From NCBI RefSeq assembly GCF_006345805.1, contig NC_043005.1:63116001-63180000 (forward strand): a stretch of 64,000 nucleotides of DNA, given 5' to 3'. Each line of letters begins with the position of its first letter. Positions within the stretch are counted from its first letter, which is position 1. Below, piece by piece: positions 47,431-60,558 of this stretch. The translations under genes were made by a program, and so were the position numbers. Below the pieces are notes generated by a model that ran no database searches, had not been told where the DNA came from, and saw only the letters and a program-made list of their open reading frames with translations. This stretch comes from Octopus sinensis (taxonomy: Eukaryota).

Positions 47431-47625
47431 CGGGAAGCTTTATGAAAATAAACAAAAGACAAAGGCAGGTAGAAAACAAACAAACAATTGTATTAGTATG
47501 GCGCTCTGGAATATAAATAAAACAAGTCTTTTACGTTTCGAGCCTACGCTCTTCAACAGAAAGATACACAGAAAAGAAACACGGAGAGAAACAAGGAGAG
47601 AAAAAAAATGCATGCAGAAGCTAGT
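47430..47625 (-). mobile_element. PLE family 2 3' terminal fragment, best-preserved copy
   Basis: Homologous to 374-600 and 61205-61440; ends in (TA)n at ~47405-47429. Confidence 0.7.
47527..47564 (-). ncRNA. Minimal type I hammerhead-like motif with variant core CUGUUGA
   Basis: UCUUU CUGUUGA A GAGC GUAG GCUC GAAA C GU A^AAAGA. Perfect stems I and II; loopless ACGU palindromic stem III. Confidence 0.7.
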
Positions 47626-48452
47626 GAATCAATATACACATACACATGCTTAAACATGCAAAACTGAATGTGTGTATCAGTCTTCCACACAGTTTCCATT
47701 AACCAAATTCACTCACAAGACATTGGTGGGTTAACAGGGATACAGACAAAGTTACTTGCCCAAGGTGGCACATATTGAGACTGAACCCAAAACCATGCAA
47801 TTGTAAAGTGAACTTCTTAATCACAGAGTCATGTCTGTGCTTATGTGTTTTCAGCTTTTGTGGGACCTTCAGGTACAATTTTTCACAAAGGGCTACCAGA
47901 GTTTTAATAAGTTAGGGCCCTCATTCAATCTAAATAGAAAAGTGATTGTTAGTATACATGATAGTTGGAGAACACAAGTGAAAGAGAGTGTTGATATTTA
48001 TAGTGTTAGCTAATATATTCATCAGAAGTTACTGTAGTGGTAATGATATGCAGTATGAGAATAAAATGAATGCTGAGAGGGGATAATTGCCATGTGCTGA
48101 GAGTGTGAAGTGCAATGCTTGAAAAAGATTAAGGAAGACATGAAGGAAAATTAGTTAAATCAAGGATCAGAATATTGGACTGCAATGATTAGGTAATAAG
48201 GAATTGAGAGGAGCAATTTTATGCTATACTACAGTTTGATCTTTGAGAAATAACATCTAAATCTCTTTCAAATCCCATCCTACCATCTTAAAAAAAAAGG
48301 AAGTATTACAGTGATCAATGTGGTCTTAGATATGACATGCTTGAATAAAAGTCAGGATGGTCATGGCAGGAATCTTTTGTTCATTAATCTAGTCAATAAC
48401 AATAACAACAACATCAAAAGACACACACACACACACGCACATGCACACACAA

Positions 48453-48483
<31 letters not shown>

Positions 48484-49356
48484 TGGGGAGACAGGGAGAG
48501 AGAAAGAGAAGCAATTACTAGCAAAAGTATAGAAATGATTCAGAGAGTGAAAAACCATGTTCTGGAAGCTGAAAGAAGAATTAACTTTCCAATCTTATTA
48601 TCAATGTTCATACCATTTCTCATTTCATGGGGATTAGGAAGGTTTAGACAAAGTTAATAGACAAGAAGAGGCTGGAGATAGACAGGGTAAAGGAAATGGA
48701 TCCAAACTCAATTGATATAATATATTTCTATTTCAATCTCATTTATTCAGCAATTATCTTATAACAAAGATATGTGACCCTGTGAACTGAGTCCAGATAT
48801 ACACCTACAGTCAGTCAGGTGATATATAGATATTTCAGATCCGTCATGTATAAAATGTGTGAGCTTTGTCAAATGATAAAAGTCATTATTCCTGAGAAAA
48901 TCAAAGAGGCTCTTTCCTATGCAATAATATTTAAAGGGTTTCACTTATTGTTCAATCAAAGGGCCAATGAATAGTATCATTTCACCTCTACAGTGAGATG
49001 GAAGGAATCATTAAAAGTTAAGTACCTTAGTCATGAACATATCCTTTTACAGCACTGCTTACATGCTATGAACTAGCAACCTCTGGCTAGTTGCTGTGTA
49101 ACCTATCAGTTCTAAATAATAAGTAGTGTCAGTTACTTAACTTTTCATGATTGTATATAATCATCAAGAGCTGTTTAGCTTCATTGAATTCAAGGAATTA
49201 GAAAAAGGGAATAATTATAGTCAAGTCATGTCCTTTCTAAAAGCATTTGGGAATCTTTTGAAATGAAATAGTTACAATTCATGATCAAAATTAGGATTAA
49301 GACATGGTTCATAAGTAACTTGTCTTGTAGAGTAAGACTCTTGTGCTTTTTAAATA

Positions 49357-50030
49357 TGAGGTGGTATCAAAACGTTCTCAGGCTAATTCTGTAGTGTGCT
49401 AACAGATAGCAGCACATGGTTGCATGTACAGTGACCTTCATGAGGCAGTGTGCCAAGTGACATTGCTTTTTACTTCGCGAGTTGTGAAATTTGTGATCAT
49501 GTGTGTGCTGTAGTTTGCGATTTTGTCATGGACAGGAAACTGGAACAAAGAGCCAACATGAAATTTTGCATTAAAGGGAAGTCTGCTACAGAGACATTGA
49601 GCACTCTTTGGCAAGCTTACAGCGACAAGGCAATGGGTCATATGCAATGTTTTGAGAGGCATGGGCACTTCAAACATGGAAGAATATCATTGGAAGATGA
49701 TGAATGATCAGGATGACCTGTCACAAGTGTCAACACCAGAAATGTAGTATTGTGCAATGATACTTTGTCCCCCAGAGCCAGACCATTAGTCAAGAGTTCT
49801 ACTGTGACATTTTGAAACATTTGAGGGAAGACATTTGGTGAAAGGCACCAAATTTGTCGAATTGGATTCTTCATAATGACAATGTACCCAGTCACTAAGT
49901 TCTCCTTACTCGTGAGCTTCTCACCAAAAACAACATGGTGTCACTTCTGCACCCACCCTATTCACCAGATTTAGTATCTGCTGAATTTCATCTCTTCAAG
50001 AGGAAAATGCAGCTCAAAGAACGTTATTGT
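49357..50030 (+). mobile_element. Degenerate, internally deleted mariner transposon
   Basis: TA then TIR-like TGAGGTGGTATCAAAA. MDRKLEQRANMKFC..GKSATET..SLEDDE..GRP; HNDN..HPPYSPDL. Confidence 0.85.
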
Positions 50031-51284
50031 TAAGCTCCCGATCATCTATGATCAAGCAGACATGATCTATGATGTACTTGCCAGAGCTATACTGCTCCTT
50101 GTATACAGTGCCCTCAAGGCCATGTTAGCCAAAGTGATAACAGGGTCTTTTTAATGTATTTGAAATGTTAAGATGTAATTTGAGTGTAATTTGGTTGCTG
50201 TATTTAGCATGGCAAGCAACCATGTAAAGACTCAACTGTTCAGTGTTTATAACAGGAAGTGAGTGCAACCACCTGTGAAAGTGTTTGCTATGACAACCCC
50301 ACTCCCATCACCAAAGCAGACATTTAAAAATGGATATAAACAGTGTTAAATTAATTGTTTTGTTTGCAAATAATAAATTGTGTAACACTATATTTTTTTT
50401 AACAAGAATATCAAATAAAAATAGTGTGTGTGCATGCACTTGTGTGTGTTGACATCCTGTAGGTTAATCATTTGTTTTATCTCTAAGATAGTGATTTTGT
50501 GTGTGTGTGTGTGTGTGCAAGTATGTGTGCTATGCTAAAAGGAAAATAAAGTTAGCTATGCAGTAAATAGCTTTCTTTTGATCTTTCAGTTTTGTTGTTG
50601 TTAACAAAATTGGAAATTTTAATATCTATGGTGAAGTATTTATTTAATATTATCAAGTGAGTCGTAATGTCTAAATTTGAATAATTTAAAATTTTTGGTC
50701 AATGAGTTGAAATTCTGTTACGAGAATTGTGCTCTTAAATAAGCTATATATAACTCACGCAATCCATCACTGCTTAACATTAACCAAAAGTTTAATGTTT
50801 CAGTTTGAAAAATGCTGTGAGCTACCAAAATACAAATTCTAAAACTGAAATTACATTGCACTGCACTATTTTGTATTTTGTTTTGTCTATCTATGCTCTA
50901 AGATCAAATCCTACAGAAGGCAATTTTTATCCATCTGAAGTCAGTAAATGAAGTATCAATAACATGCTATGTAGCTTCTTTTGTTCTCTTCAAGGGAAAA
51001 GACAATGAGTTTGGAAAACGTAAATTTCCTATTGGAAAGTAGTTGTGCAAGTGAAATAAAATAACTACAACAAATGAAAATCAAAGCTTCTTCAGAGACT
51101 CAATTTGACAGCAGCTTATCCTTAGTTCTATCTTAGTTGCCATATCAGTGAAACATGGTTTTTAATGCTACAATACCAATGTGTACAGTAAAAATAATAG
51201 CTATTGGTCTTTGTCAGGTTATATAAGAGCAAGTGGTATGTTTGATCTAAAAGATTAAATTTTTCTTGTATACATCATGCATAT

Positions 51285-51320
<36 letters not shown>

Positions 51321-51362
51321 TTGTGTGAGTGCGTGCATGTGTGCGTGCGTGTGTGTGTGCGT

Positions 51363-51406
<44 letters not shown>

Positions 51407-51539
51407 ACAAATGTGTGTGTTTGGGACTGAATTTGAGCATATTTTATGTCTCATTTTTTGGGTAGAGAACAGCTTGAAGTATTGGTGAACAGTCAATAGC
51501 ATTAGAAAGCATAAAGATTAAAGTTGTAGTTAAGAAAAA

Positions 51540-51890
51540 GTTAGTAGACATGAGACCTTCTAAGCATTGGTAAAGAGTTATCTGTGTCATGATGATTCAT
51601 GCCGGATATCAGAATACCAACATCATAACTGCTGCTCAATGCTCTGTGAACAGTGTAAATGCTGTAAGATATGACACAGACAGGTGCTACTGAGATTACA
51701 AAACTGTGGCCAGCAGGAAGGGTCACAGCAGGCATTTTGGCTCTGTCCACTAGCTAGAATTAATTCATCCTTACATCTTTGAACATAGCATTAGGCTCAG
51801 TTTCAATGGCTATGTGATGCTGCATATACCAGGTTCTGGAGCTGTTTTGAAGTCACAGTGAAAGCTGAGGGTGGCTATTTTGATTAAGCT
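51540..51890 (+). mobile_element. Degenerate, internally deleted Tc1/mariner-superfamily transposase
   Basis: IHAGYQNTNIITAAQCSVNSV..DYKTVASRKGHSR and C-terminal AYTRFWSCFEVTVKAEGGYFD*, resembling the AC..FR.R.EAV..A.GGY ending. Confidence 0.55.
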
Positions 51891-52015
51891 GTTATCTCCC
51901 AGACATAATCTTGTTGATACTGTTTGATTTTTAAAAAAATACTTTTATTTTTAGATCGGATATATTTTCATTCCCTTTTCTTCTTCTTCTTCTTCTTTCT
52001 TCTTCTTCTTCTTCT

Positions 52016-52075
<60 letters not shown>

Positions 52076-52119
52076 CCATCATCACCATCATCATCATCAC
52101 TATTATTATTATCATTATT

Positions 52120-52990
52120 ATTATTTAACATCCTCCTTCCATACTAGCATGGGTTGGATAGTTTGACAGGAATTGGCAAGTCAGAAGTATGTACCAAGCC
52201 CTACTGCCTCTTATGTGTTAATAGCTTGCACTGAGTAGACAGCAGGGAATTTCTAAGGCCCTTTCATTCCATGTTTAGTTTCCATATCTGAAAATTCCTC
52301 TCTAATTCTACTAAAAATCCAGCTGTAAGAATAATAAGGTCATCAGCACAGAAGAGCTCCCCTAGGTAGCCAGTTTTAAATTTCTCTGTTATGGCCTGCA
52401 GGAATATGATAAACAAGAAGGGACTAAGAACCGATCCTTGATGAACTCTTACCTGCACACTAAATTCAGTGCTAACCTCATTGCTGACTTTCACCTTACA
52501 GCCAGTATCCCTGTAGATGGTTTGGACAGCTCTCACCAGTAACTCGTCTAGCCCTTGCTTCTACAGTGACCACCAGATGAGGGAGTGGTTGACCCTAATA
52601 AAGACCTTTTCCATGCTGACAAATGTCAAGTACAGCAGATTATTCCTGGCAAAATGCTTCTCCTGCATTTGCCTTACTAGAAAGATAATATCAGTAGTGC
52701 TTCTTCTGGGCACAAAACCAAATTGCACCTCATCTAGGTTAGATCTCTTCCTAATTAGCTGAGTTATGGCTCTTTCTGTAACTTTCATGACCAGGTCTGG
52801 CAATTTGATACCTTCGTAATCACTTGTGACTAAGGCGTCTCTTTTAGCTTTGTAGCAGTTGACAATAATGCTGCTACACCAATCATTGAGTATAATCTCT
52901 TCTTGGTTAACCTGATTAATGATATGTGTGACTAGGCCATGTCCCAATCTACTAGATATAATTTAAGCAGGTGATAATTCCTGATGTATC
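52120..52990 (-). mobile_element. RTE-type LINE remnant: RT domain (52264-52947) joined to a 3' end fragment
   Basis: QFGFVPRRSTTDIIFLVRQMQEK..HQGSVLSPFLF..CADDL. The tail expands into a compound TTC/TCA/TTA microsatellite at 51970-52120. Confidence 0.88.
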
Positions 52991-54743
52991 AGGGGCTTTC
53001 TCTGATTTCATAGTTTTAACTGCATAGCAACAGTTATAATATTGATTTGAAATACAAGCCTATTTCATGTTCTCTTTCCAGGTTGAAGTTTGCACACATT
53101 GGGTGGTGGAGGACATTGCTAACCCAGTTGCATCAGGCACCTAATTTCATTCACATTTCATTTTTAGCTTGGTTTCTATGGCTCAATACTTTTCCAAACA
53201 TCAAACACTTTAAAAGTGTAGAACGTTCTTTTTCATAGCTCCAGCACTAGAGAGGTTTTGAGTTATTGACAATATTAAAAGATCTTCACAACCTCACTAT
53301 TTACAGAGTACACTGGGTGCATTTTAATGATGCATGTCCTCAGTATGACTAAGGAAACCTCACTGTTCTCTGTCTCTGCTCACTTGCCAGCTTCTTTGCA
53401 AGGTAGGAAGCTTGAGTGATAGAGACATGAATGATAATGATGAGAGGATTGAGTGATAAGGTATGGAAAGTGGAATGTATATTCAAGGTAGCACAAGAGG
53501 TAGCACAATAACAGAAATCTAGAGTGAATGGAAGAGAAAGAGCAGGAATCCACTGTTAGAGTGACATGAAACAATGAAAGGTAGTATCAGGAAAGGAAGG
53601 AAAGATAGAATGGCCTAGGCACAAATGATCCAAAGTAACTAACTATCTATAGGCAACTAGACAGGAATGAATATATATATATATAAATTATTCAAATGTC
53701 AACAGTTTTGCAGAAAGCACCAAGTATTATAACAACTTGCATGCAATAATGTTGTTCAGGCATAAATAATCCTTAGAGCTCACCAAGCTTTTAATTTTGT
53801 CATTTTCTTCCCATAAAAGAGCAGAATTTGAAAATCAAGAGTTATTATCAATAGACGTAGGGTTAAAGTGAAGCATATAATATTTTGTTTTCTATATATC
53901 TTGGGTCAAAAAATGAAATTGTTATATATTGATTCTGCTTATTTTTTCAGAGTTTTTTTCATCAGATGCAAAAATTTCTATTAACTGTCCATTGTGGTTA
54001 TTGATTATTTTTTTCTGCTTACGCAGCAGTTTAATTTTAAAATATATTCTAGATAGGTGAAAAGAAGAGGTAGCCTCTTACCATAATTGCAAGAATTGAT
54101 AATATTTTTTATGATTTAATAAGAATTTAAATCCTGCCAAGGCTAAATTGACTTTCATCCTTACAAGGTCAATGAAATGAACACCATTTCTTGAATACCA
54201 TTGTTGATTTAATCATGTATAACACTAACCCCAAACTATGTTACCCTGTACTTATATTAAAAATCAATATTATAATTGTTACTATGAAGAATATAGGTAG
54301 AGTCTTATCTACTAACATTGTAACACTTCATAGTGACACAAGAGTTTGTTATGATGAAGATCGAATGGAATTAGCAGAATGCATCTTTGATATATATGTA
54401 TGATTGACATATATTGAAACAAATCTAGCTTAAAAAGGTAACAATTCAGGTCAGAATTTTGTTCCTGAAAAACCAGATTTTAAAAAATCTGCTGGATCTC
54501 ACTCATAAGGGAATCTCACATTGCTTATAAACTCTATATTTGGAAGGACTCTTTTTAAACTCTGTTGGACTTTTGGACTTTACTCATAGGATATTGGAAT
54601 ATTGCATATATACCATTATGCGTAAAAAATGGATTTACAACTTCAATACCCATACATGTCTTGCATCTATTTTCTTTCCTCCACCTCACTCTCTATTTTG
54701 TATCACATCTAAACTTACTATGACTTAACTATCCTCTCACACC

Positions 54744-54795
54744 GTCTCCAATGAAGGAATATAATTAATAAATATCCTAGAAACAGCTGTAAGAC
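54744..54795 (+). ncRNA. Decayed type I hammerhead
   Basis: GTCT CCAATGA A GGAATAT..ATATCC TA GAAA C AGCT GTA^AGAC. Stem I GUCU/AGAC; perfect ACAGCTGT palindrome; core mutated. Confidence 0.6.
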
Positions 54796-54964
54796 CTTCT
54801 ATCTATAAATGCTCTATCTACACAGCCTTGGATTTTATCTTATTATGCAAAAAATAGGCTATGTGCAAATGATGAACGTGTTTTCGAGGGAGATAATCAA
54901 AGAACATAACATTGTAATACTTCATGTAAAATAAATATTCCTTCAAGAATCCATAAAAATACCT

Positions 54965-55135
54965 AGATCACCACCAAAATTTCATCTTCTGTTCCTTGTG
55001 TCATTACCAACTTTTTCTGCAAGTTTCATCAAATACCGTCCACAACTTTTTGAGTTATTTTTCACACAGACGGACAGTCGGACAAACCAATGCAGATGAA
55101 AACATAACCTCCTACCTTGGCAGAGGTAATAAGTG
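54965..55135. mobile_element. Fragment of a short interspersed element with terminal hairpin (possibly Helentron/HINE-like)
   Basis: ..GATGAAAACATAACCTCCTACCTTGGCAGAGGTAATAA, with ACCTC/GAGGT pairing. Family assignment is from memory of similar termini only. Confidence 0.3.
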
Positions 55136-56297
55136 ACTGATTATAAAAATATGTACTGGGTAGATGTGATTGGTTAAAACTCTTCAAAGGAGTGCCTAAG
55201 GATGGCCACATTCCAATAGCTGAAACAAGTAAAAGAATAAAAGTAAAAATAATTATTTGGAAACAGCATGTATGTAGAATCTGCTCTATGTTTTGTTAGC
55301 GGAATTGTTTATTAAAGTTATGTAAAATGTCTTTCACGTTTTCATTAGTAAGTAATAAACTTTGCTTCATTCATTTTTACCTTATGTTGTAATGTCTAGG
55401 AAAATATCCTATTGTTTTCCTTCTCATAATTTAATATTTCTGAAGAATGTAATATTTTGTTTTAAAATATGCATTTGATTGAGAAACGGAATTGCATATT
55501 TTTCTTTCAAACTGTAAGTTTTAAGTTTGATACCTCAAAGAATTGATGGTACTTATAAAGAAAAGATATTTATAATTTGTGAAGAAATACTTTGATATTT
55601 TATCTTATTTGTTTATACTTCAGAATTCCATAACTGAAAATGGAATTCAATTTCCAAAGTAAACATAAAACGACTGTTTCCATCTCTTTAAGTAATTTTG
55701 GGGTTGGTATCCTTGGAAACTTTTTAGAAGCATTTCATCATAAAAACTAGCTTATTCTTTATTTATGTGTATCTGAATAGTGTTTGAAAAATGATATTTT
55801 TAAAGACCATTCATCTTTTATGACAAGTCTAGAGCTTGCAATAAAATATTCTTTGGAAAAAAAAACAAACAAATCATATTTGGCCTTGAATTGTCAGCAT
55901 TCTCTCAGTAATCGCTTTTTCATAAGTTTCTTCAAAAATATCTTTTTATTTATTTATCATCTAGAGGTTTTCTTAAATTATGATTGTATATTTATAAGAC
56001 TGTATTCAGAAAATGTGTTTGGTTCATAATCAATAGGTCGTAGGTTCAATTTCTGGACCATGTGCTGCATTGTGTCCTGGAGACACTTCATTTCACATTG
56101 ATCCAGTCTATTCAGCTTTAATGAGTTCCAGTTAGATGCAGGTGCAGCCCTCTTTCCTTCCGTCTGTTACATTTTTCGTGTTCCTTTGACTCAAGGCAGT
56201 GGATGATGAGAGTGTCTTTGCCTGTGTCTGCGTTAACCCCTACATAATTATCAAAAGTATGATGCATATTATCAAAAAGTATGCATGTGTGTGTATG

Positions 56298-56339
<42 letters not shown>

Positions 56340-57090
56340 AGTGTGCACACACGACAGAGTGTAAGCGCCCTGAGAGAAATGCTGGACATAAGAAGCATTG
56401 GATGTGGCGTGCAAGAGAGACGTTTGCGCTGGTATGGTCATGTACTACGAATGGATGAGGAGAGATGTGTGAAGAAGTGCCACTCCCAAACAGTTGAAGG
56501 AATCCGGGGTAGAGGTAGACCCAGGAAGAGATGGGATGAGGTGGTCAAGCATGACCATCGAACGTTGGGCCTCACAGAGGCAATGATGAAAGATTGAGAT
56601 GTGGAGATATGCTGTCACTGCGAAGACCTGACAAATAACGTGAGTTTATGGCTGTTTCCTGCAACAGCTTCACGTAGCAGCCCCAGTCCATTCCAAAAGT
56701 ACCTTGGATCACAGAGTGGCCTGCTGTGCTTACCTTGGATCGTAGAGCAACCTGCTGTGCTTAAAGAGACCTATTGAGTCAAGTACATCAACATCAAAAT
56801 AAAAATCAAATGGAAACTGTAGTTGTGATACCCGTGCTGGTGGCACGTAAAAAGCACCAACTGATCGTGGCTATTGCCAGCTTCCCCTGGCACCTGTGCT
56901 GGTGGCATGTAAAAAGCACCCACTACATTCATGGGGTGGTTGGCTTTAGGAAGGGCATCCAGCTGTAGAAACACTGCCAGATCAGACTGGATCCTGGTGC
57001 AGCCTCCTGGCTTCCCAGACCCTGGTCAAACCATTCAACCCATGCTAGCTTGGAAAACGGATGTTAAATGATGATGATGATGATGATGAT
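56340..57090 (+). mobile_element. RTE-type LINE 3' end: ORF C-terminus (to 56597) plus full 3' UTR
   Basis: ERRLRWYGHVLRMDEERCVKK..GIRGRGRPRKRWDEVVKHD; (GAT)n tail. This copy defines the source of the family C fragments. Confidence 0.9.
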
Positions 57091-57157
57091 ATATACACAC
57101 ACACACACAGACAGACACACATACACATACAAACACACACACATACACATACAAACG

Positions 57158-57202
<45 letters not shown>

Positions 57203-57274
57203 ATCTGTTAAAATGCTGAGTCTGTCAATGATCAATCAATTCATTGCGATGTGATTCCTTTTTATATCGATTTC

Positions 57275-57369
57275 TAACCCTGATGAAATTTTCAGTTAAC
57301 TATATTTAAATGCATCTTAGTTTAATTTTGTTATTTGAATTAATTGAGTATGGAAACAACTGTAGGTTG
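57275..57369 (+). ncRNA. Type I hammerhead ribozyme, intact core, long stem II
   Basis: TAACC CTGATGA A ATTTTCAGTTAA..TTAATTGAGTAT G GAAA C AACT GTA^GGTTG. Stem I UAACC/GGUUG. (TA)n begins ~85 nt downstream. First stem II pair is A-G. Confidence 0.7.
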
Positions 57370-57479
57370 TAAAGAATTGAGCTTATTTGTAATTGGAGTT
57401 CTATTAATGAATTGATGTCCATCTGTCGATTTCTCCATTTACTTTTCTCAGATATATATATACATATATATATATATTA

Positions 57480-57696
57480 AAGAAGGGGTGCTGAAAAATT
57501 CCAGGTTTTAAGGGTGTCATAAAAGGCCTGGCTGGAAGCTCAACTTTTCAAGTTCTTTTACAGAGCTTAGAAAAACTGAAGGACTACTGCAATAAGTGTG
57601 CGAATCTGAGTGGGGAATAGTTGAATAAAATCATAATTAATTAATCTTCTTGTATTTTTTTTTACCCAAAGTCAGGAAATTTTCAGTACCCCATCG
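57480..57696. mobile_element. Mariner-type MITE (~217 bp)
   Basis: TIRs GAAGGGGTGCTGAAAAATTCC / GGAAATTTTCAGTACCCCATC; inserted at a TA run. Confidence 0.8.
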
Positions 57697-57714
57697 TGTG
57701 TGTGTGTGTGTATT

Positions 57715-58465
57715 AGACAGGGTCCCCTGCTCCCTTATTTGGTGGTCAGTGTGGAAGCTAGGGATTGATGAGTGGTTAATGAGAGCAGTACAAGCCATGT
57801 ACAGGGATGCTGCAAGTAAGGTGAAGGTTGGTAACGAGTACTGCAATGAATTCAGTGTACAAGTAAGAATTCATCAAGGTTCGGTTCTCAGCCACCTCTT
57901 ATTTATCTTAGTCCTCTAGGCCTTAAAGGAATTCAAGACTGGCTACCCCTGGGAGCTCCTCTATGTTGATGACCTTGCTTTTGTAGCTGAATCGATACCT
58001 GACCTAGGGAAGAAATTTCAGGTGTGGAAACAAGGCCTGGAATCTAAGGGCCTTAGTGTTAGTTTAGCAAAAGCCAAAGTTCTTGTAAGTAGGAAAACAA
58101 ACATATCACAAGTGTCTTCTGGGAGATGGCCCTGCTTGATATGTAAGAAGGATGTTGGTAGAAACTCCATATATTGTACCCAGTGCAAGCTTTGAGCACA
58201 TAAGAAGTGTAGTGGTATCACAGAAAAGTTAATGGAGAATATAGTCTTTGTGTTTGGCAAATGTGCAGGTACAATAAGCACTAAAATTGTGCAGACAACA
58301 CACTCCCTCAAATGCTTAGTAGTAGAGGGAGTTCTGAGAGTGTAGTTGCTAGAATAAGAACAGGCTGGGGAAATTTCACAGAACTTCTACCATTGTTGGT
58401 AACTAAGGGCCTCTCCCTATGAGTGAAAGTCAGGTTGTACAGGTTGTACATACAGCAGCACATAC
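57715..58465 (+). pseudogene. RTE-type LINE reverse transcriptase fragment
   Basis: RVPCSLIWWS..WLMRAVQAMY..HQGSVLS..WELLYVDDL..KQGLESKGL..GKFHRTST/LPLLVTKGLSL. Confidence 0.88.
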
Positions 58466-59667
58466 ATGGCAGTAAAACATGTGCTATAAATGTGTGTGTG
58501 TGTGTGTATTTGTGTTTGTGTGTGTGTGTATGTATATTTAGGAAAAAGACATCTGAACATAACTGAAGAGTAGAAAGATCAGAAGCTTTCATATTGTATA
58601 GGGATATAAAAGATGGATTAAACATCTGGAAAATAAAATTGTCATTATTTTAGATTTAACTCATGTCAGAAAACTAAATACAATAATATATACAGTTTGT
58701 TGTAAGACTTTAAAGAAAGAGATATAAATCAGTAATATTTTAAACAATGTTGAGAAGAATCAATTTAAATCTCCTATATTTGAGAAGTGGACAAGTTATG
58801 TTAAATCTTGAGGTCACCTTCAATCAGTGCATTAGCAAAGTTAACCAAGATGTCATCCATAAAACTGATGCAACTAAAATGTGATTCAAGCTGGTGTATG
58901 TGAGATACTTGGAAATATGTAAAGAAAATGGAATGAGAGAGAGATGTGAAGAGAAAGGAAACTGAGGGGGATGATGTGAAAGTAAATGTAGCTATGAAAG
59001 AAGGTTTCAGGTATATCTTATATTCAGAAGAAAAGCTTGCAATATCTCAGAGTAGATCCTGCAGTTTCTGCATGGAACAGAGTATGTCCAATATTTATTT
59101 CACCTTCCTATTTTACAGAATCTAACTTCTGTAATAATCATTGTGAATGGCTGCACTATATTATTAAACAATATCAATATATCTTAAGTTAAATAAGATG
59201 AGTATTCAATTACGAAACCTAAGCAGAAGTTTAGGATTAAATGTTTTGAGCCTTATTTCTCTCAGTCTTCTATGTCATAAGGACAAACTATAAAATCTTA
59301 TATTAGGAAGTCTCTACTTCTTTGATATATAACTTGGTGCTTACATTATTAAATATTAAATGCTAATATTGATGTTTTCCCCTGCTTCTCTGAGATAAGC
59401 TATCAGTTAATTTGATATATATATTCTATATACTACTAAAACTCAGTGATTGCTCGCTTGCCTGCATGCTTGTCTGTAATTTAATACAGCTCTTCATGTA
59501 TTTTTTTACCTTACTGTTGATCCTATGTTATTGTACCTAGCCATTTCTGGCATCCTACTCATTGATGTGCCTAGATTCTAGCGAATCCTATACATACATA
59601 CATACATACATACATACATACATACATACATACATACATACATACATACATACACATATATATATAT

Positions 59668-59721
<54 letters not shown>

Positions 59722-59759
59722 ATATGTATGTATATATACATACATACATACATACATAC

Positions 59760-59812
<53 letters not shown>

Positions 59813-59814
59813 GT

Positions 59815-60066
59815 ATTGGGACCCCCTTCGGTCACGACACTGACCATGGGATTGCACCTAGAAAGTTACCCTCCTAGTCACAAGTCTGGGCAAGGTGGTT
59901 TTAAGGAAGACCAGCAGTCGCCCATGCATACCGGCCTCCCCTCTCCACGCCACCAGTGTTATCCAAGGGAAAAGCAAAGGCCGATACAGCTTGGCACCCG
60001 TGACGTCGCAACTCATTTCTACAGCTGAGTTAACTGGAGCAACGTGAAATAAAGTGTCTTGCTCAT
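59815..60066 (-). mobile_element. 5'-truncated SINE sharing the family D module with a distinct GC-rich 3' part
   Basis: GAGCAAGACACTTTATTTCACGTTGCTCCAGTTAACTCAGCTG module followed by a unique tail. Confidence 0.6.
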
Positions 60067-60067
60067 G

Positions 60068-60122
<55 letters not shown>

Positions 60123-60124
60123 TT

Positions 60125-60508
60125 ATATGTAAAGAAGTGCTGATCTCTAACTGTGGAGGGAACCTGTGATAGAGGTAGAGCCAGGAAGACATGGGACGAG
60201 GTGGTGAAGCATGAACTTTGAATGTTGCGCTTCACGGAGGTGATGACAGTGACTGAGACCTTTGGTAATATGTTGTACATGAGAAATCATAGTTGTGGCC
60301 AAGCCCGTGTCATGTAAATGGTGACCATGCTGGTGGCATGTAAAAGCACCCATTATACACCTAGAGTGGTTGGTGTTAGGAATGGCTACCAGCCATAGAA
60401 ACTGGCTGGAACCTGGTGCAGCTTCCCAGCTCATCAGCTCTGGTCAAACCATTTAATCCATACCAGCATGGAGAGTGTACAGTAAATGCTGCTGCTACTG
60501 ATGATGAT
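60125..60508 (+). mobile_element. RTE-type LINE 3' end, degenerate
   Basis: RGRARKTWDEVVKHE.., then the family C UTR and GAT tail. Confidence 0.8.
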
Positions 60509-60558
60509 ATATATATCTCTACATAACATTTAATTATATGTTCAGTCGTAGAGTGGCA

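Noticed and set aside
51541-51830. Minus-strand ORF and GTAAGG donor suggesting exons
   Set aside because: The plus strand reads as a degenerate Tc1/mariner-type transposase.
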